NCBI GenBank assembly: GCA_017654855.1
Contig: CM030334.1
Location: 3,658,001 to 3,722,000 of the forward strand
Direction of reading: 5' to 3'
Source of the DNA: Podospora anserina
Lineage: Eukaryota
DNA: 64,000 nt
Part shown: piece by piece, positions 24,716 to 37,400 of the stretch
Layout: every line of letters starts with the position of its first letter
Position numbering within the stretch: position 1 is the first letter of the stretch
Translations under genes and position numbers: made by a program
The notes under the pieces: generated by a model
Databases searched by the model: none
What the model saw: only the letters and a program-made list of their open reading frames with translations
Told to the model about the DNA's origin: nothing

Positions 24716-25867
24716 GATGTGCAGCGCGTGTCCGTTAGCAAGGGAGATTTTCGATAAAATATGTGGCAAATGGCTACCTTAGCGAATATTTTGTTCTTGA
24801 TCAGTCGGCTGAAGACGGGTCGGTTAGAAAAGCCAAGACCAAGAGAATACCTCTATCGTCTGGTTCTGCAGGGACAAACAGTGCCAGGGAAACCTAGCAG
24901 GGAGAACATGGTTCTGTTTTGTGGAAGGGTTTAACAATTGTTATCTAAATCTCCACCGCTGTTTTATTGAAATTGCACATGTCGGTGCAGGCCAAATGAC
25001 CAATGGGTGAAAGACAAACCAGTTGGCAAATATCCAGGACGCTTGACATTGGTTCAAGACAGGCGTGGCTGCATGTGCGAGCTTTGGTCACCCAGCTCGG
25101 GCGAAAGTGACGTCTGCATGGGATGACTGGTGATGTTGCTGTTATTCGTTATCCCACGCGGAAGCGGTCAGAGGAGTAGATATACCCCCAAGACTGAGAA
25201 GGGCGGTGATCAATGCTGAGGCAATACCGACAAGGAAGAGTCCGGTGTGTAGTGATTGTATGGTTTGTGTCTTGAGAACCGGAAGGCAGTCCAAAATCGA
25301 ACTGAGCATGGTAGCCGACCTGGGTAAGCGATCATAGAAGAGCACATTGATGACTTAACGAGGTGGCCCCTCTCAGTAGCTGGGCAACCGGCCTCGCCAG
25401 CTGCCAGCCCGCCCTGCAATGGCTGGGCCAACCAAGTACTTGAACAACGAGTGGGTCCACGGCCAGCACTCTAGGTTCAAGTGACAGCCTCACAGCTTCT
25501 TTTATTGCCTTAAGTTTGAGAGGGGTTAGTCTTTGGAGTCTTGCATCTCCCAGCCATGGTGTATGGCGGCCGGATCAGTGCTCAGGTGAGTGACTACTGG
25601 GGAATCCCTAGTGTTGTATGTTTTTGCTATCTTTTACTGTTTTCTTTTATGACATTTTATGAGGGACCTGACAAAGGGCCCGCCTTTTCACCAGACCCAA
25701 ACCCGGTTGCTCTTAAGGTGGATTTTCCTATTTGTTTACTTTTGAACTGAACAACCAACAACCAATATTGTAATACCAATTGCCAACCAATTTCTGGCCT
25801 TTTGGCCCTCATTTTCGCGGCCAGTGACTTGCCTAGGCCACTAGCCCAACACATGTTGTCGGCCGCC

Positions 25868-26878
25868 TCAATATCTTGTCGCGGTGGGAAGTTCAAATAC
25901 CTGCCTGGGAGCCTCAAACTCATGTGCATTTGCCCTGGTTTCCATTTCCAATCCCCCCATGTGTTTCTCCTGGTCTTTTGGAACATCATGTGGAGGTGGT
26001 GGCGTCTTTGATGCACGCATGAACCGGATGAAGAAATAGACTGCTATCCCAACTGCAATCATGGCTACTCCTATCGAGACACCAATTCCGATTTTGGCCC
26101 CGGTCGACAGGTCGGAGGATTGGATCGCGGGCTGTGGCTCGGAGGTGCTCGATGGTGTTGTACCCCCCGAAATTGTCGATACTGGACCACCTGGTTCAGT
26201 CACCGGTCGAAATATCGTTTGACCGGTTGGGGATGTGGAGGATGTGGTTGTCAGTGCGGCGAGAAGCGGGTTGGCGGTCTTCCACCAGTTGACGACTTCG
26301 CTGTCACTCTCCTGCCACATTATCGGTATTCCCTTGGCCAAGACCATCAGCCTCGTGCTCGCTATGATGTCGGACAAGGCCCCAACTGGCTCAGTGGTCA
26401 CCCAGACGTTCGTCATGGTCGAGTGCCGTGGTATGGTTGAAGCGCAGTCCCTTGTGTTGGCCCAATTTGTTGACGCCCATGGCCTATCAGGAGTGAAACC
26501 TCTGTTTGCACGAGATGTGAGATGGATATTCAGAAGAAAGGACCAGATCTACACGCACGAGGGGCAGCACAGCCAAGCCGTCGTTCCTTTTGGAGCTAAC
26601 GCCTTCTGCGAGTAGTCAGATGCTGTTGTTGGAAAATCGCTTTCCAGAGAAGCCACAGGTGCCCATCCGCTGGGACATATGCCGGGCGAATAGTAGTACA
26701 CCGTATGCAGATCCAGTGACTGAGTGCCCGGTGGATAGCACTCAGTGGCCTCTTCCCAAAAGGCCGCGACGTAAAACCCCGCAATGCCACTTCCGATGAA
26801 GGAAGTTGTGGAGAGACATGTTGATGGCCCGGTGAAAACCGTCGTGACAGGACCGACGTTGTCCAGTGGCAAAGCCAT
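25868..26878 (-). CDS. Single-pass membrane protein with Cys-rich ectodomain and S/T stalk, two exons
   Basis: VTTVFTGPSTC..YYYSPGICPSGW..CCPS, then LSTGAKIGIGVSIGVAMIAVGIAVYFF transmembrane segment and a C-terminal FELP. Confidence 0.75.
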
Positions 26879-27657
26879 TGACGCAGTGAGGAGTACCTAG
26901 CTGGCAGACCACAGGAAGATGTCACGAACGAGGAACGAGACAGAGGAAGTTCAAAACATTAAGGTCGATGCGGTTGGTTATTTAGCCGTCTGACCGACAG
27001 ACAGTATAGCTATTAAACGATGTAGTATCGAAGTCTAATCCAGGGGTCAAAGGGGCCTGAAACCGAACCTGATTGGACTTTATGCAAGCTATCGGAGATA
27101 TACATCAGCGCAGCCGGCCCGGCGGCTACTACCTGCAGCTCTTCCACTTGAAGTAAAATAACACCAGACGGGTACTTAGGCAGGTGGTTTATTTGACTAT
27201 ACCAATCTGCATCTTGATATCATTAGCTTGGCCATCATGGCAATGTGTTATAGACCACCTCATCAAGTTCCATGCCAATGAGCAAGCTTGCCGAGGTCGG
27301 TACCCATGTCACACAGATCGAACTTCTCGCGTGCGCTGTGTAGCGCCAACCACCCCTCCACCAGCAAACGGAGGCATATGGCTAGACCTGGTGATGCATT
27401 TCACATTTCGGATGGTCCATTCGACTACACAAGTGGTATCATGATTTGACGCTCGAAACAGACTTTGTTTGCCGGTGTGTCTCATTTTCGAACTCCTCCG
27501 ATATGTAGAGCCAGGAGCCAGCAGGCTCCTACACTAAAAGGCAGGCAAGATATCACTGTGTCTGGGGAGGGGCATCAACCAACTCATCACCACATCCTTC
27601 AACACATCAACGAATCAAGTACCAACACAAACAAATGGCACCTATCATATACTCACC

Positions 27658-27867
27658 ATGGCCGACCAAGATAAGGGCAAAGCCGACTCCAACAAACTCG
27701 CTGTTCCAAAAGGTGGCAACGGTGGAGGCGGCGGTGGTGACAACGGCGATGGCAATGGCGATGGCGGCGGTTCGAGCGCTAACTCTACCTACTCTGGCTC
27801 CACTTTAGTTGGATCCGATACCTCTGGAGGCTCTGACATATCGGGAGAGACCCTCTCCGGACAGTAA
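27658..27867 (+). CDS. 69-aa Gly/Asn/Ser-rich small protein
   Basis: Strong start context CACCATGG, C-ending codon bias and a clean stop. No recognisable domain. Confidence 0.5.
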   Translation: MADQDKGKADSNKLAVPKGGNGGGGGGDNGDGNGDGGGSSANSTYSGSTLVGSDTSGGSDISGETLSGQ

Positions 27868-28299
27868 CCGGGAATGGAGCTGACTGGGCATCTTCGTACC
27901 TCGCGTAAGTGACTATGGCCGAATTAAAGGTGCTCTAGATTGATCTAACCGGTCGTTCTGCAGATGAAGGGCTGGAACCAAATATGGAGGATCTCTTTAA
28001 AATGGTTTCGGACGTGATTGATGGTGGCTGGTAAGGGGATCGCAGAAAGGAGGAGTCTGTGGAAACTAAGAAATAGACCTGCCTAGAATTAGCACGAAAA
28101 AATCCACCTTATGAACCTCAATTTCGATTTGTACTGTTTATTCGTGACACTTAACATGTACACAGTTAGACACTGTCGTTCTCAATCCTTCTGTAGGCCT
28201 CCGTCACTGTTCTGCCAGTTTCCTTTTCAAACCCTTCAGTTGTCATGAAGTTGTGGGGCGATAAGTGGGGAATGGTGGAGGACGGTGTTTTATAGGCTT

Positions 28300-29400
28300 T
28301 GCTGAGCTTTGGAGGATGATTCTTCTTTTTCAACAATACAACGCTTTCCTCCTCGATTTTGATGATATATTGCCTGGTCATTTGAGCCCACGCCAACGGA
28401 CCACAAAGTCTTTCGCGTCTTCGAGAGACCCGAGTGCCGCCTTCCTGCCCTGCTCGAACACTTCTTGCTCATATCGGCCAATCGCATTTCTGAGGATAAG
28501 CTTTGAGCTCTTGACATCAATGGACACCAAAAGCAGGTTGTCGACATCTGCCAGAGCTTGGTTGAGGCCTTGACCTGGAGCTATGTACGGTCAGCTTTCC
28601 AAGTCCGAAAACAGTAAGCCGTGAAGTAGAACGTACCAGGAAGCAAGGCAAGGCATGAGCCGCATCTCCCGCCAGTGTTACCCCCCCTCTCCTGCCATCC
28701 CATGGGACCGTGACCCAATACTTAAGTTGTGACACAAAAAAAGTCGCGTCATTCGGCATTTGATCGATTGCCGAGCGGAACAGCTCAGCGAAGTTTGCTT
28801 CGGCAGCGCGTTTCTTGACCAGGACACGTGCCTCCTCTCACCCACGATGGGAACCTTGATGGGCTGGGGTTGGGTCCACATCAATGCCGTGTGGAAAAGT
28901 CCAAGTTGATGGACCATTCGGATTGAGAACTTCTTGGACTGCGTTTCGTGTTAGTGCACACCCCAATTTGTGAACAACAGGGAAAGAACGAAGCAGCACT
29001 AACAAACGTCTTCCCTGGCATCGTAGCCACAAAACACACCTTCGACTATTCCCTCAAATTTTCAGCCAACTTTACGTCCCCATATCTCACCAACCCATTT
29101 GCAATCGCAATGGTAGACATCACTCCTTCCATCAAACAACCACCTCCTCACAAAGCTGCTCGCCCCACCTTCGGCACCAATCACCACATCCACCTCTTCA
29201 GCTCTCCCCATCACACCCAACAAATAGCCCCACCCACTGGCCTATCCTCCACCACCGCCTCCAAGTCCCTAATCTCAACACCCCATCGTACATCCAACCC
29301 TTGTGAACACAACTTCCTCATTCTCGTCCTCGACATCCGCCTACAGTCAGGAGCTGGGATCTTCGCCATCAACTCCCCTGATTGCCGTTGTAAAACGGAA
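28300..29400 (-). pseudogene. Degenerate FAD-dependent monooxygenase remnant
   Basis: GVTLAGDAAHALP and GQGLNQALADVDNLL (GD motif), plus a DG-like VDVVVGAEGG segment. Frames are broken and no intact GxGxxG start was found. Confidence 0.6.
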
Positions 29401-30156
29401 TCTCGTCCACGGGTTTGTCATATGGGTAAGTCGAATCGCCGTACGCGGTGTGGATACCTGAGTGGAGGTTCTCAGGCAGCATGCGAGTTATCACGGGCCA
29501 GGCCCAGTGCAGGATCATAGTCCATTCACGGGCATATGTGGTGTGTTCGGGGTGTTTTTCAAGTCGTATTGCAGAAACCGCAAACGACGCGCCTTACGGA
29601 AGGGTTCGGCAATAATTGCTAAAAGTATATGATATCGAGATTCGGCTAAAATATGGCCAACAATGTGCCAGGACGATTTGTTCACAGTCACTCCCAGGCA
29701 CATGTGCGTCACCTTGTATTTCCAATCGGTGCCTCGGGAGTTAACCCGTCCAGTAGAAGACAGTATTCCACACAGCCATCGTTGAGCACCATTCAAGGTA
29801 TCTCATCACAACCCGGCATGGGCGAGAAGACACCGCAGGGAACAAAATGCAAGCCGACTTGGGCAAACGTGTAAAAGCAAGTGTGAAGACTGATGTGAAC
29901 AGGGAAAAGATCGAGAACATCAAAACACCGGAAAGCCGTATAGCTGCGAGAATAGTCCCAGTAGCCGACTCCGACGGTAATCTCCTCCTGCACGTAGTCT
30001 CGGGCAGCAATATGGACCCTGCAACAGTAGTTTCGGTGTGGTCGGTGGCCTCCGTGTTTGATGTGCCCCAGTCTGCCCGTCCATTTCCAGCCAAGAGGAT
30101 CGAACTGGCGCTGGCCCTACACCAACTGCAACAACTGAGCGTCTTCTCACCGAAAC

Positions 30157-31695
30157 CTAGTAAGGACACTTCCCACAGTACCCGCACTCGTCTGCCGAAC
30201 AAGCTGTGTAATCGGGCAGCTCCTCCTCATAGTCGTAGCCGTACAGGTTGTCGTGGCTGTACCGATGATCTTCATCGCTGTCGTCCTCGTTGACATCAGT
30301 CTCGGGGTCAAAAGAGTCATGATCAGATCCCTGAGTTTCAGGCTCGCCAACCCCATCATCACTCTCATCTGTCAAGGCCCCACCCTGCAACCCCCACCGA
30401 GCCTTGACTGCATCAGAAAGCGCATCGTTCACATCCGCAAGCCGCTCACGTACTTCTAGCCCGCCAATTCCCGCATACCTCAGCTCCATCTTCTGGTCAG
30501 GCATGTCGGAGACAACCTCGATGATCATATCAATGAGACTCTTGAGCTGTGCAAGCTCAGCCTGGTGATCCAACTCCCAACGTTGGACATCCTCCCTGAC
30601 GTCCTTGATCTGAATATCCGCCTTTTTAAACAGCCCCTGGGTGTGAAAGGCGAGAATGAACGTGGGGGTTTGGGAGACCCATAGACGGGGCAGTTCCTCG
30701 GCAAGATGATCCTTCTTGTCCTTGGTGTAGATGCTACGGGTCTTGAGATCAAAGACTTGAGCTTGCGGGATAAGCTCACCGCCGAATTTGACATTGATGG
30801 TGGACTCGGCTAATGTAGCAGTGGTCTGGGATGCAAGTCCCATGTCAGCTTCAGAGAGTAAATCCGCAAGAGATGTCTGATCCTTGACGGTTGTGGACGA
30901 GGTGCTATTGACCGAGGAAGGGCCTTGAGCATGGGGCTTGATGTATCCATCTGCTTCGAAACGAACTAGGATGCGATGACCACCGAAGGTATATCGAACG
31001 ATGCGTTGGTGCGAGGCCGACCCCTTGACATCAGGCTCCCAGATGGTATTAGCCTCGGGAAAGCTGTGACCATATCCACGGACTCCGGGAATGATCTCGG
31101 TGGGTGTGTTCTCACGTCTCGTGAAGAAGACGGTATTGTGGATTTTTTCAACGAGGATTCGGAACGGCTTGTCTTGCCGGCGAACAAAGCGAAGGAGGTT
31201 GCCCAAGGTGCTTCCACAAGCCACGATATCAACCTCGGGAGAGATGTTGTTGTCCGCCTCCATGGCAGCGATAACACACGGCTCCAATGGGTGCTTCGGG
31301 AATCGGGCGGCGTTTTTGTCTCGGAAGTAAGTCCCATTGTCTTCGTTGAGACGCGACGGAGATGCAACTGGAGCCCACAAAGGTGGCTTGCCTATCGTCA
31401 AGAACAAGCATTCTGTCAGCAACATCTCTGATGCACGGATAACGGCAGATTTACCAGGCACAAGGATCGTTGGTGCGGCTTCCTTCCCCTCAAGCCAGTT
31501 GTATGATGTGATGAGTCTGCAGTCGCGGATCGAAGGTGAGGCGATCTTGCTGTTGAGATTCATATCGAGATCAGATATCTCGATGGTTTGAACCAGGTTC
31601 CCCAATGGCGGAGGAGGAGATGCCTGGGCCTTCGAAGCGTCATCATACTTCCGGTTAGTGTAGCGGCTGCGAGATTTGTACCAAGTCGAAGTCAT
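30157..31695 (-). CDS. Conserved fungal hypothetical protein with Rai1/DXO-like motif order and a C-terminal Cys cluster
   Basis: 512-aa ORF, possibly with an in-frame intron near 31400-31455. Motifs GYGHSFPE, HQRIVRY, VRFEADG, DLKTRS, LWVSQTP and terminal CSADECGYCGKCPY. Confidence 0.75.
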   Translation of the reverse strand: MTSTWYKSRSRYTNRKYDDASKAQASPPPPLGNLVQTIEISDLDMNLNSKIASPSIRDCRLITSYNWLEGKEAAPTILVPGKSAVIRASEMLLTECLFLTIGKPPLWAPVASPSRLNEDNGTYFRDKNAARFPKHPLEPCVIAAMEADNNISPEVDIVACGSTLGNLLRFVRRQDKPFRILVEKIHNTVFFTRRENTPTEIIPGVRGYGHSFPEANTIWEPDVKGSASHQRIVRYTFGGHRILVRFEADGYIKPHAQGPSSVNSTSSTTVKDQTSLADLLSEADMGLASQTTATLAESTINVKFGGELIPQAQVFDLKTRSIYTKDKKDHLAEELPRLWVSQTPTFILAFHTQGLFKKADIQIKDVREDVQRWELDHQAELAQLKSLIDMIIEVVSDMPDQKMELRYAGIGGLEVRERLADVNDALSDAVKARWGLQGGALTDESDDGVGEPETQGSDHDSFDPETDVNEDDSDEDHRYSHDNLYGYDYEEELPDYTACSADECGYCGKCPY

Positions 31696-33339
31696 GGTAT
31701 GGTGTTGGGCAATGGTGAAGATATGGGAAGAAGCGATGCAGCAGAGGGATCAGAATGAACGACGTATTAGTTGAATTTCAATGCAGGAAGGATGCCGAGG
31801 ACAGAGTATAAATGTTGGCTCTCGCTAGTTGACCGGCGACTCGATGCCGTTGCGTTTGCACCTGGGGTGCAGTGCATACCCGTGTTGACTCACACCCCTT
31901 TATTTTTCACAGCGGCCCTTGCCACAAAATAATTGAGACTCTAAAGCAGGTTAAAATGCCTTGAAGGATGGTCCACAGGTCTTTACAGATAGTCAATAGG
32001 CCTTAAAACATAGTTTATAGGCCTTTGAGGATAGTTAATAGGCTTTAGAAGATCATTCAAAGGCCTATGGATTTACTTTCGAGGTATAGTTTATAGTATA
32101 ACATGGGTTAACTTACTTTTGAGTGTCAACTATTTTGTGGTGAGGGTGCTAGGTTCGGCGTGATGAGAGGAAAGGAGCTGGGCTGCAACGTGGGGGAAGT
32201 ACACCCAGACTATCAGTTCGAGCGAAATCCAATGCTGATTCTGGAAGACATACTGCCAAAAATTGAGGAAGATTTCTCTTCCCCTTTTTACATTGACTCC
32301 CCCCTATCTTCCAATGGCCTCAGGCGCATAAGCGCCAACGGAAAATAAAACTTAAAAATAAGAACGGGGCGGCAAAAATAAATTTCGGGATTCTAGTGCC
32401 AATGAGGCATATATGGAGAATGCATTCCTAAAATGCATGATAGTCAACTGCCTAATTCTACTCTTTTGACTGGATAAATACTAACTTTGCCAGCCCGTTT
32501 TCATGATCGTGCTATGCTGCCTTAGTTGAAGATTCGGCTGGGTTTATTAATCCCTGCGGCACAGCGGAACCCCTTAGCCTAGCCTCACCGCGTATTAGAC
32601 AAATATAAGGTTATTTACTCCCTCGAGCCTAGCTATAGATCCTAGATCCTAGATTCTAAATTCCTAAGGATATAGATTCCACTATTATATAACAAAGTGA
32701 TTCATACTATTAAACCAAACTAATCGGTAGTTAACTTTGCATAGAGAGCTATAAGCTTTTATTATATCGTTAGTTCTATATTTCTAATATAAACGTATTT
32801 ATTAATAAATAATAAAACTTAATAAATTACTAAATTATAACTCTCTCTCTAGTTTAAACCTTTATCTCTCTAAACTTACCGACTCCTTTTACGTTTAATA
32901 AAGACAGCGATACTTACTACGTAATAACGAAAAGCCTACACCTAAAAACGCTATTAAAGGAATATTAGTAAGATTTTATACGGACCAATTATATCCTTAC
33001 GGTAGTTAAACACCTTAATTAAAGAACAATTTCGGTTTAACACTAATCCATTAATTCTAAATTTCTATAGTAAGTTAGCCGGAGCGTATAGTAACGTTAC
33101 GCTTCCTTCGAACTATTACTGGGGTTAATTATTATTATTATAAGTTTATTTTACGTTATTAATTTATTTATCGTTTTAAAAGAAGTTATAAACTATAATA
33201 TTATTATTTAAACGGAGAAATATATATTATTTTTATAGGATTAAAAATATAAAAAATATTTGTTATATAAATATATTTAGTCCTTTATACCCTTTTGGTA
33301 GTAAACGAGAAAAAAAATAAAAAAGAGAAAGAAAGCGAA

Positions 33340-36300
33340 AGTTAAAATATTAAATATTTTAAGAGAATAAAAATATTATAATACGTCTTAAATAATAGTT
33401 AAAAACTATTTTACGCCTTTCTACCGTAAAAGTATATATATAGTATTCTAGTAGTAGCTATAATACGTTTTTATTATTATAAGTAATTTAGTGCCTGTCT
33501 TTTCCTAAATTATATAAATAATATACCGGATTACTTAGCTAATTTGGATTTTCTATAGTAGCCGTAACTATTTGGATACGCCCGATATTCGTATTAATAT
33601 AAGCGTTAGTATAGTCGAACGATAGATAGGTAGTAACTGAATTAACATTTATCGTCTGTGTGCAGGATCCCGATGCCGTATCCCAGATCTTGATGGTATT
33701 ATCGTGCGAGCCCGATGCCACGCGCTGGCCGTCCGGCGAAAACGCGACCGACAAGACCGAGCCGCCATGGCCCTCTAACGTCTGTGTGGAGGATCCCGAT
33801 GCCGTATCCCAGATCTTGATGGTATTATCGTGCGAGCCCGATGCCACGCGCTGGCCGTCCGGCGAGAACGCGACCGACAAGACCAAGCTGCCATGGCCCT
33901 CTAACGTCTGTGTGGAGGATCCCGATACCGTATCCCAGATCTTGATGGTCTTGTCGTGCGAGCCCGATGCCACGCGCTGGCCGTCCGGCGAGAACGCGAC
34001 CGACCAGACCAAGTCGCCATGGCCCTCTAACGTCTGTGTGCAGGATCCCGATGCCGTATCCCAGATCTTGATGGTCCTATCGTCCGAGCCCGATGCCACG
34101 CGCTGGCCGTCCGGCGAAAACGCGACCGACAAGACCGAGCCGCCATAGCCCTCTAACGTCTGTGTGGAGGATCCCGATGCCGTATCCCAGATCTTGATGG
34201 TATTATCGTGCGAGCCCGATGCCACGCGCTGGCCGTCCGGCGAGAACGCGACCGACCAGACCGAGCCGCCATAGCCCTCTAACGTCTGTGTGGAGGATCC
34301 CGATGCCGTATCCCAGATCTTGATGGTATTATTGTGCGAGCCCGATGCTACGCGCTGGCCGTCCGGCGAGAACGCGACCGACAAGACCAAGCTACTATAG
34401 CCCTCTAATGTCTATATATAAGTATTCTATTATATTTTTATAACTGGTCCCGTATTAAGCTATCCAGGCTTTTTTTCCTTAAAGATTTTCTTTATTAAGC
34501 TACTAATTAGTATAAATATAAGGATTAATATATATATTTAAAGAGGGGCTTACTTTATTATTTATCTATAGGCTAGAGTAAACCGGTATGTATCGCGAAT
34601 AAAACTTATTAATTACCCCCGATTTTCGCGTTCCTATAGTAATTTTAATTTAATTTTTTAATATTTAATAGTTCGGTATTTATTAGTAGGCCCTCGAGCC
34701 GCCCTATAGTAATAACTTTACCTAATATTATACGGAAAAAACTTAAAACTTTAAATTAATAAAGGTAGCTCCGACGTAAAAACTTATTAATAGACTCGAC
34801 CTTATCGCGGGTAGAGTTATATTTATTTAAATAATTAATTTAATATATATACGAATACCGTACTATAGTTAACGGATCTAGATTAGGCTACTTAATTTAG
34901 TCGATAGGGAATCCAGGAACGCTAAAGCCGTAGATATTACAACGTAGTATATTAATTAAAATTTGTAACGATCGTGAGACGATAGAGCGGTATATATATT
35001 ATATCCCGGAAGGGAAGATTTCCCTAAATACCTTTTAAACTAAAAAGTCTTTAATAGATTAATAAACGAACGTAATAATATAATTTCGGAGCGTTAAAAA
35101 AGAATTATAAAGCCCTACGATTTTTGCTAAAACTTCGCGATTATTAAAGTATCGAGGGGGTATATCTACTAAAGACGGTAATTTATTTAACGTAATTAAT
35201 CGATATATAACCGAAACGACGGTTAATATATTTTTATAAAGCTTAAAGTATTTTAAACTATAGATCTAGCTTATTATTCATTTATAAAGGGTATTTAATT
35301 CGGGCGGAAGTACCGTTAATATTTTTTTAATTTCCTATCCCGAGATACCGGTAAGTTCCTAATAAACTAAGGTTATTTAAAGGAAAGTACTATATACGTT
35401 CGACGATAAATAGGCCCGGATAGTATTTTATATATTATTATTATATTAATTTTATTTCGTTAATAAATCGATTTTAAATTAAATATAATTAATAATAACT
35501 GTAAATATAAATTTTTTATTTAACTTAAAATATAATTTTACTTTTTATATTATATCGTTAAAACCCTTTTTGATATTCGGTTAATTACGATTAAATATAA
35601 TTTATTTAATATTTAAATATATCGATAACGTTTTAATAATAAAATTAATAAATCGGTTTAAATCTCGGGTATATTTATTAAATATATTAATAATTAAATA
35701 GGTATTTTATAAATGCGGATCCTTAAGAATATTAATAAAGATCTTTAATAACGCCTCTTAGGTATTTATATTTTCGAAAAATTATTTCCCTATTTAATCG
35801 TACCTTTACTATACGTACGAAATAAGCGATAATTAATAATTAATAAGAAAGAATATTAGGCCGCGAAGGATAGCCGTAGTGTTATTTATATATATATTAG
35901 TAGCTTAATAGAAGAAAAACGAGATAGTTATAGTATTAGGGATCGACTTTATTAATTTATTAATAATTTTATAAAGTAATATCGTTTTACCTTTATCGGG
36001 GTCGCCTTTAATTTATAGTAGCCGGCTATTTTAATTATTACATTATTATTTAAAATCGTTATTATCGAGGACCTAGTAATACGAGCCTATTAAAAAGCCG
36101 CCTTTAACTTACTCGATATAGCTTTTATCGTTATACGGATCGGTTATTCGGAGACCTTATAGATAAGTATAGTCCTAGAGATCCGTTATATATTAACTAA
36201 TCTTCTAAAGAACGCCTAATTACTATCGAAAGACTTTGATATATTTCTGTACTTTAATAAGTAGGTTATTAAAAGCTATACGTAATTCCTTTATTTTCTT

Positions 36301-37400
36301 AGTAAGATCTTTTAATACTTAAAGACGGCTAGTAAATATAATTATTTTAAACCTCGAAATTAACGCTACGTTAATATCTTTAATATACTATAATTTTTAA
36401 TCCTAACCATTATAGTTAATAGTTTTTCGGAAAAAGTTTTTAGTTTAAATATAGTAAAACCGAATAATATTTTATATTTAAAAATCGATAATAAATTTAT
36501 ATAAATTAATAAAACGCTCCGTAAAGTTACCCTTTAAGTTAAGCTTTATATTTTAAAGTAATAATAATAATTTTATTATAATAAAATAATATATTTATAA
36601 CGTAACGTAAATAAATTTATCCCGGTTCGCTTTTTTAATAGCGGCGGGGTTCTTTAGGAGGAGGAGTACGAGGGATATACTTATTATAACGATAGAGGCG
36701 TATAGTAGGTCTTTAATAATATTTTTAATATAGTTTTCGACCTATTCTATAATTCCGGCGACTTTTATTATAATATCCTAAAAAATAATCTCGTATCTTA
36801 ATAGTATTATACTAACCTTTTTATTTTCTATATACTTTAAATTAAGTTCCGTTATTTTTTTTAATTTCTTTCGACGTACGATCGGATCGTTTTAGGGGAC
36901 TTAATTCGTAATTTTAATATCGTTCGTTTAATTCGACGCTAATTAGGATATAAATAAAATTATATTTTTTTAAATTAACGCGAACGAAATAATTTAAGCC
37001 GGGTTAATAATATACCTTTAATAAGTACTTTAAATAAAAATTATTTATATTTAGTAATTTGATCGGGCTTTTTTTCCTTAAGAGTATCGTAGGCTCTATC
37101 TTAAAGAGAGGTATCCGTAACTAAGTTTTCTCCGATCTTTACTATTTAGCTATTTATTACCGTTTAAGGTACCCTTGCGGCCTTATCGCTAATATTACTT
37201 AGAACGGCTAATGTTTTGTTTAAAGGGGTAGGCGATATTATTAGAGTAGAGGTTTAAGAGGTATTTATCGTTAATTGCGAGAGTAAAGGGGTTACTATAG
37301 TCGATAAAGCGGCTTGCTTAGGGCGAAGAACGGAAATTAAAGTTTATTAATAGGGGAAGGAGGGTTTACCGCTAATCCGTACCTTCTAATGAATTCGCTG
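33340..37400 (-). pseudogene. RIP-inactivated NLR of the NWD/HNWD family (NACHT_N + NACHT + WD40)
   Basis: De-RIP-readable SL*DRAYDTLK (NACHT_N, ~37090), ITDPYNDKSYIE*VKGGFL (~36100-36160), Walker A RLL*IKGDPDKGKT (~35980-36030), WD repeats, and C-terminal NVL*LLLEY (originally VLWLPPEY). Confidence 0.9.
33656..34411 (-). repeat. Six near-identical 126-bp WD40 repeats of HET-E/HNWD type, open frame
   Basis: TLEG(H/Y)GxxV(W/L)SVAFSPDGQRVASGSxDxTIKIWDTASGSxTQ repeated six times, GC-rich, no stop codons. Confidence 0.97.

Noticed and set aside
33656-34411. Regular repeats resembling a CRISPR array, and the plus-strand ORF 33660..34148
   Set aside because: The units are contiguous 126-bp coding WD40 repeats with no unique spacers, in a eukaryote. 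The plus-strand ORF is their antisense shadow.
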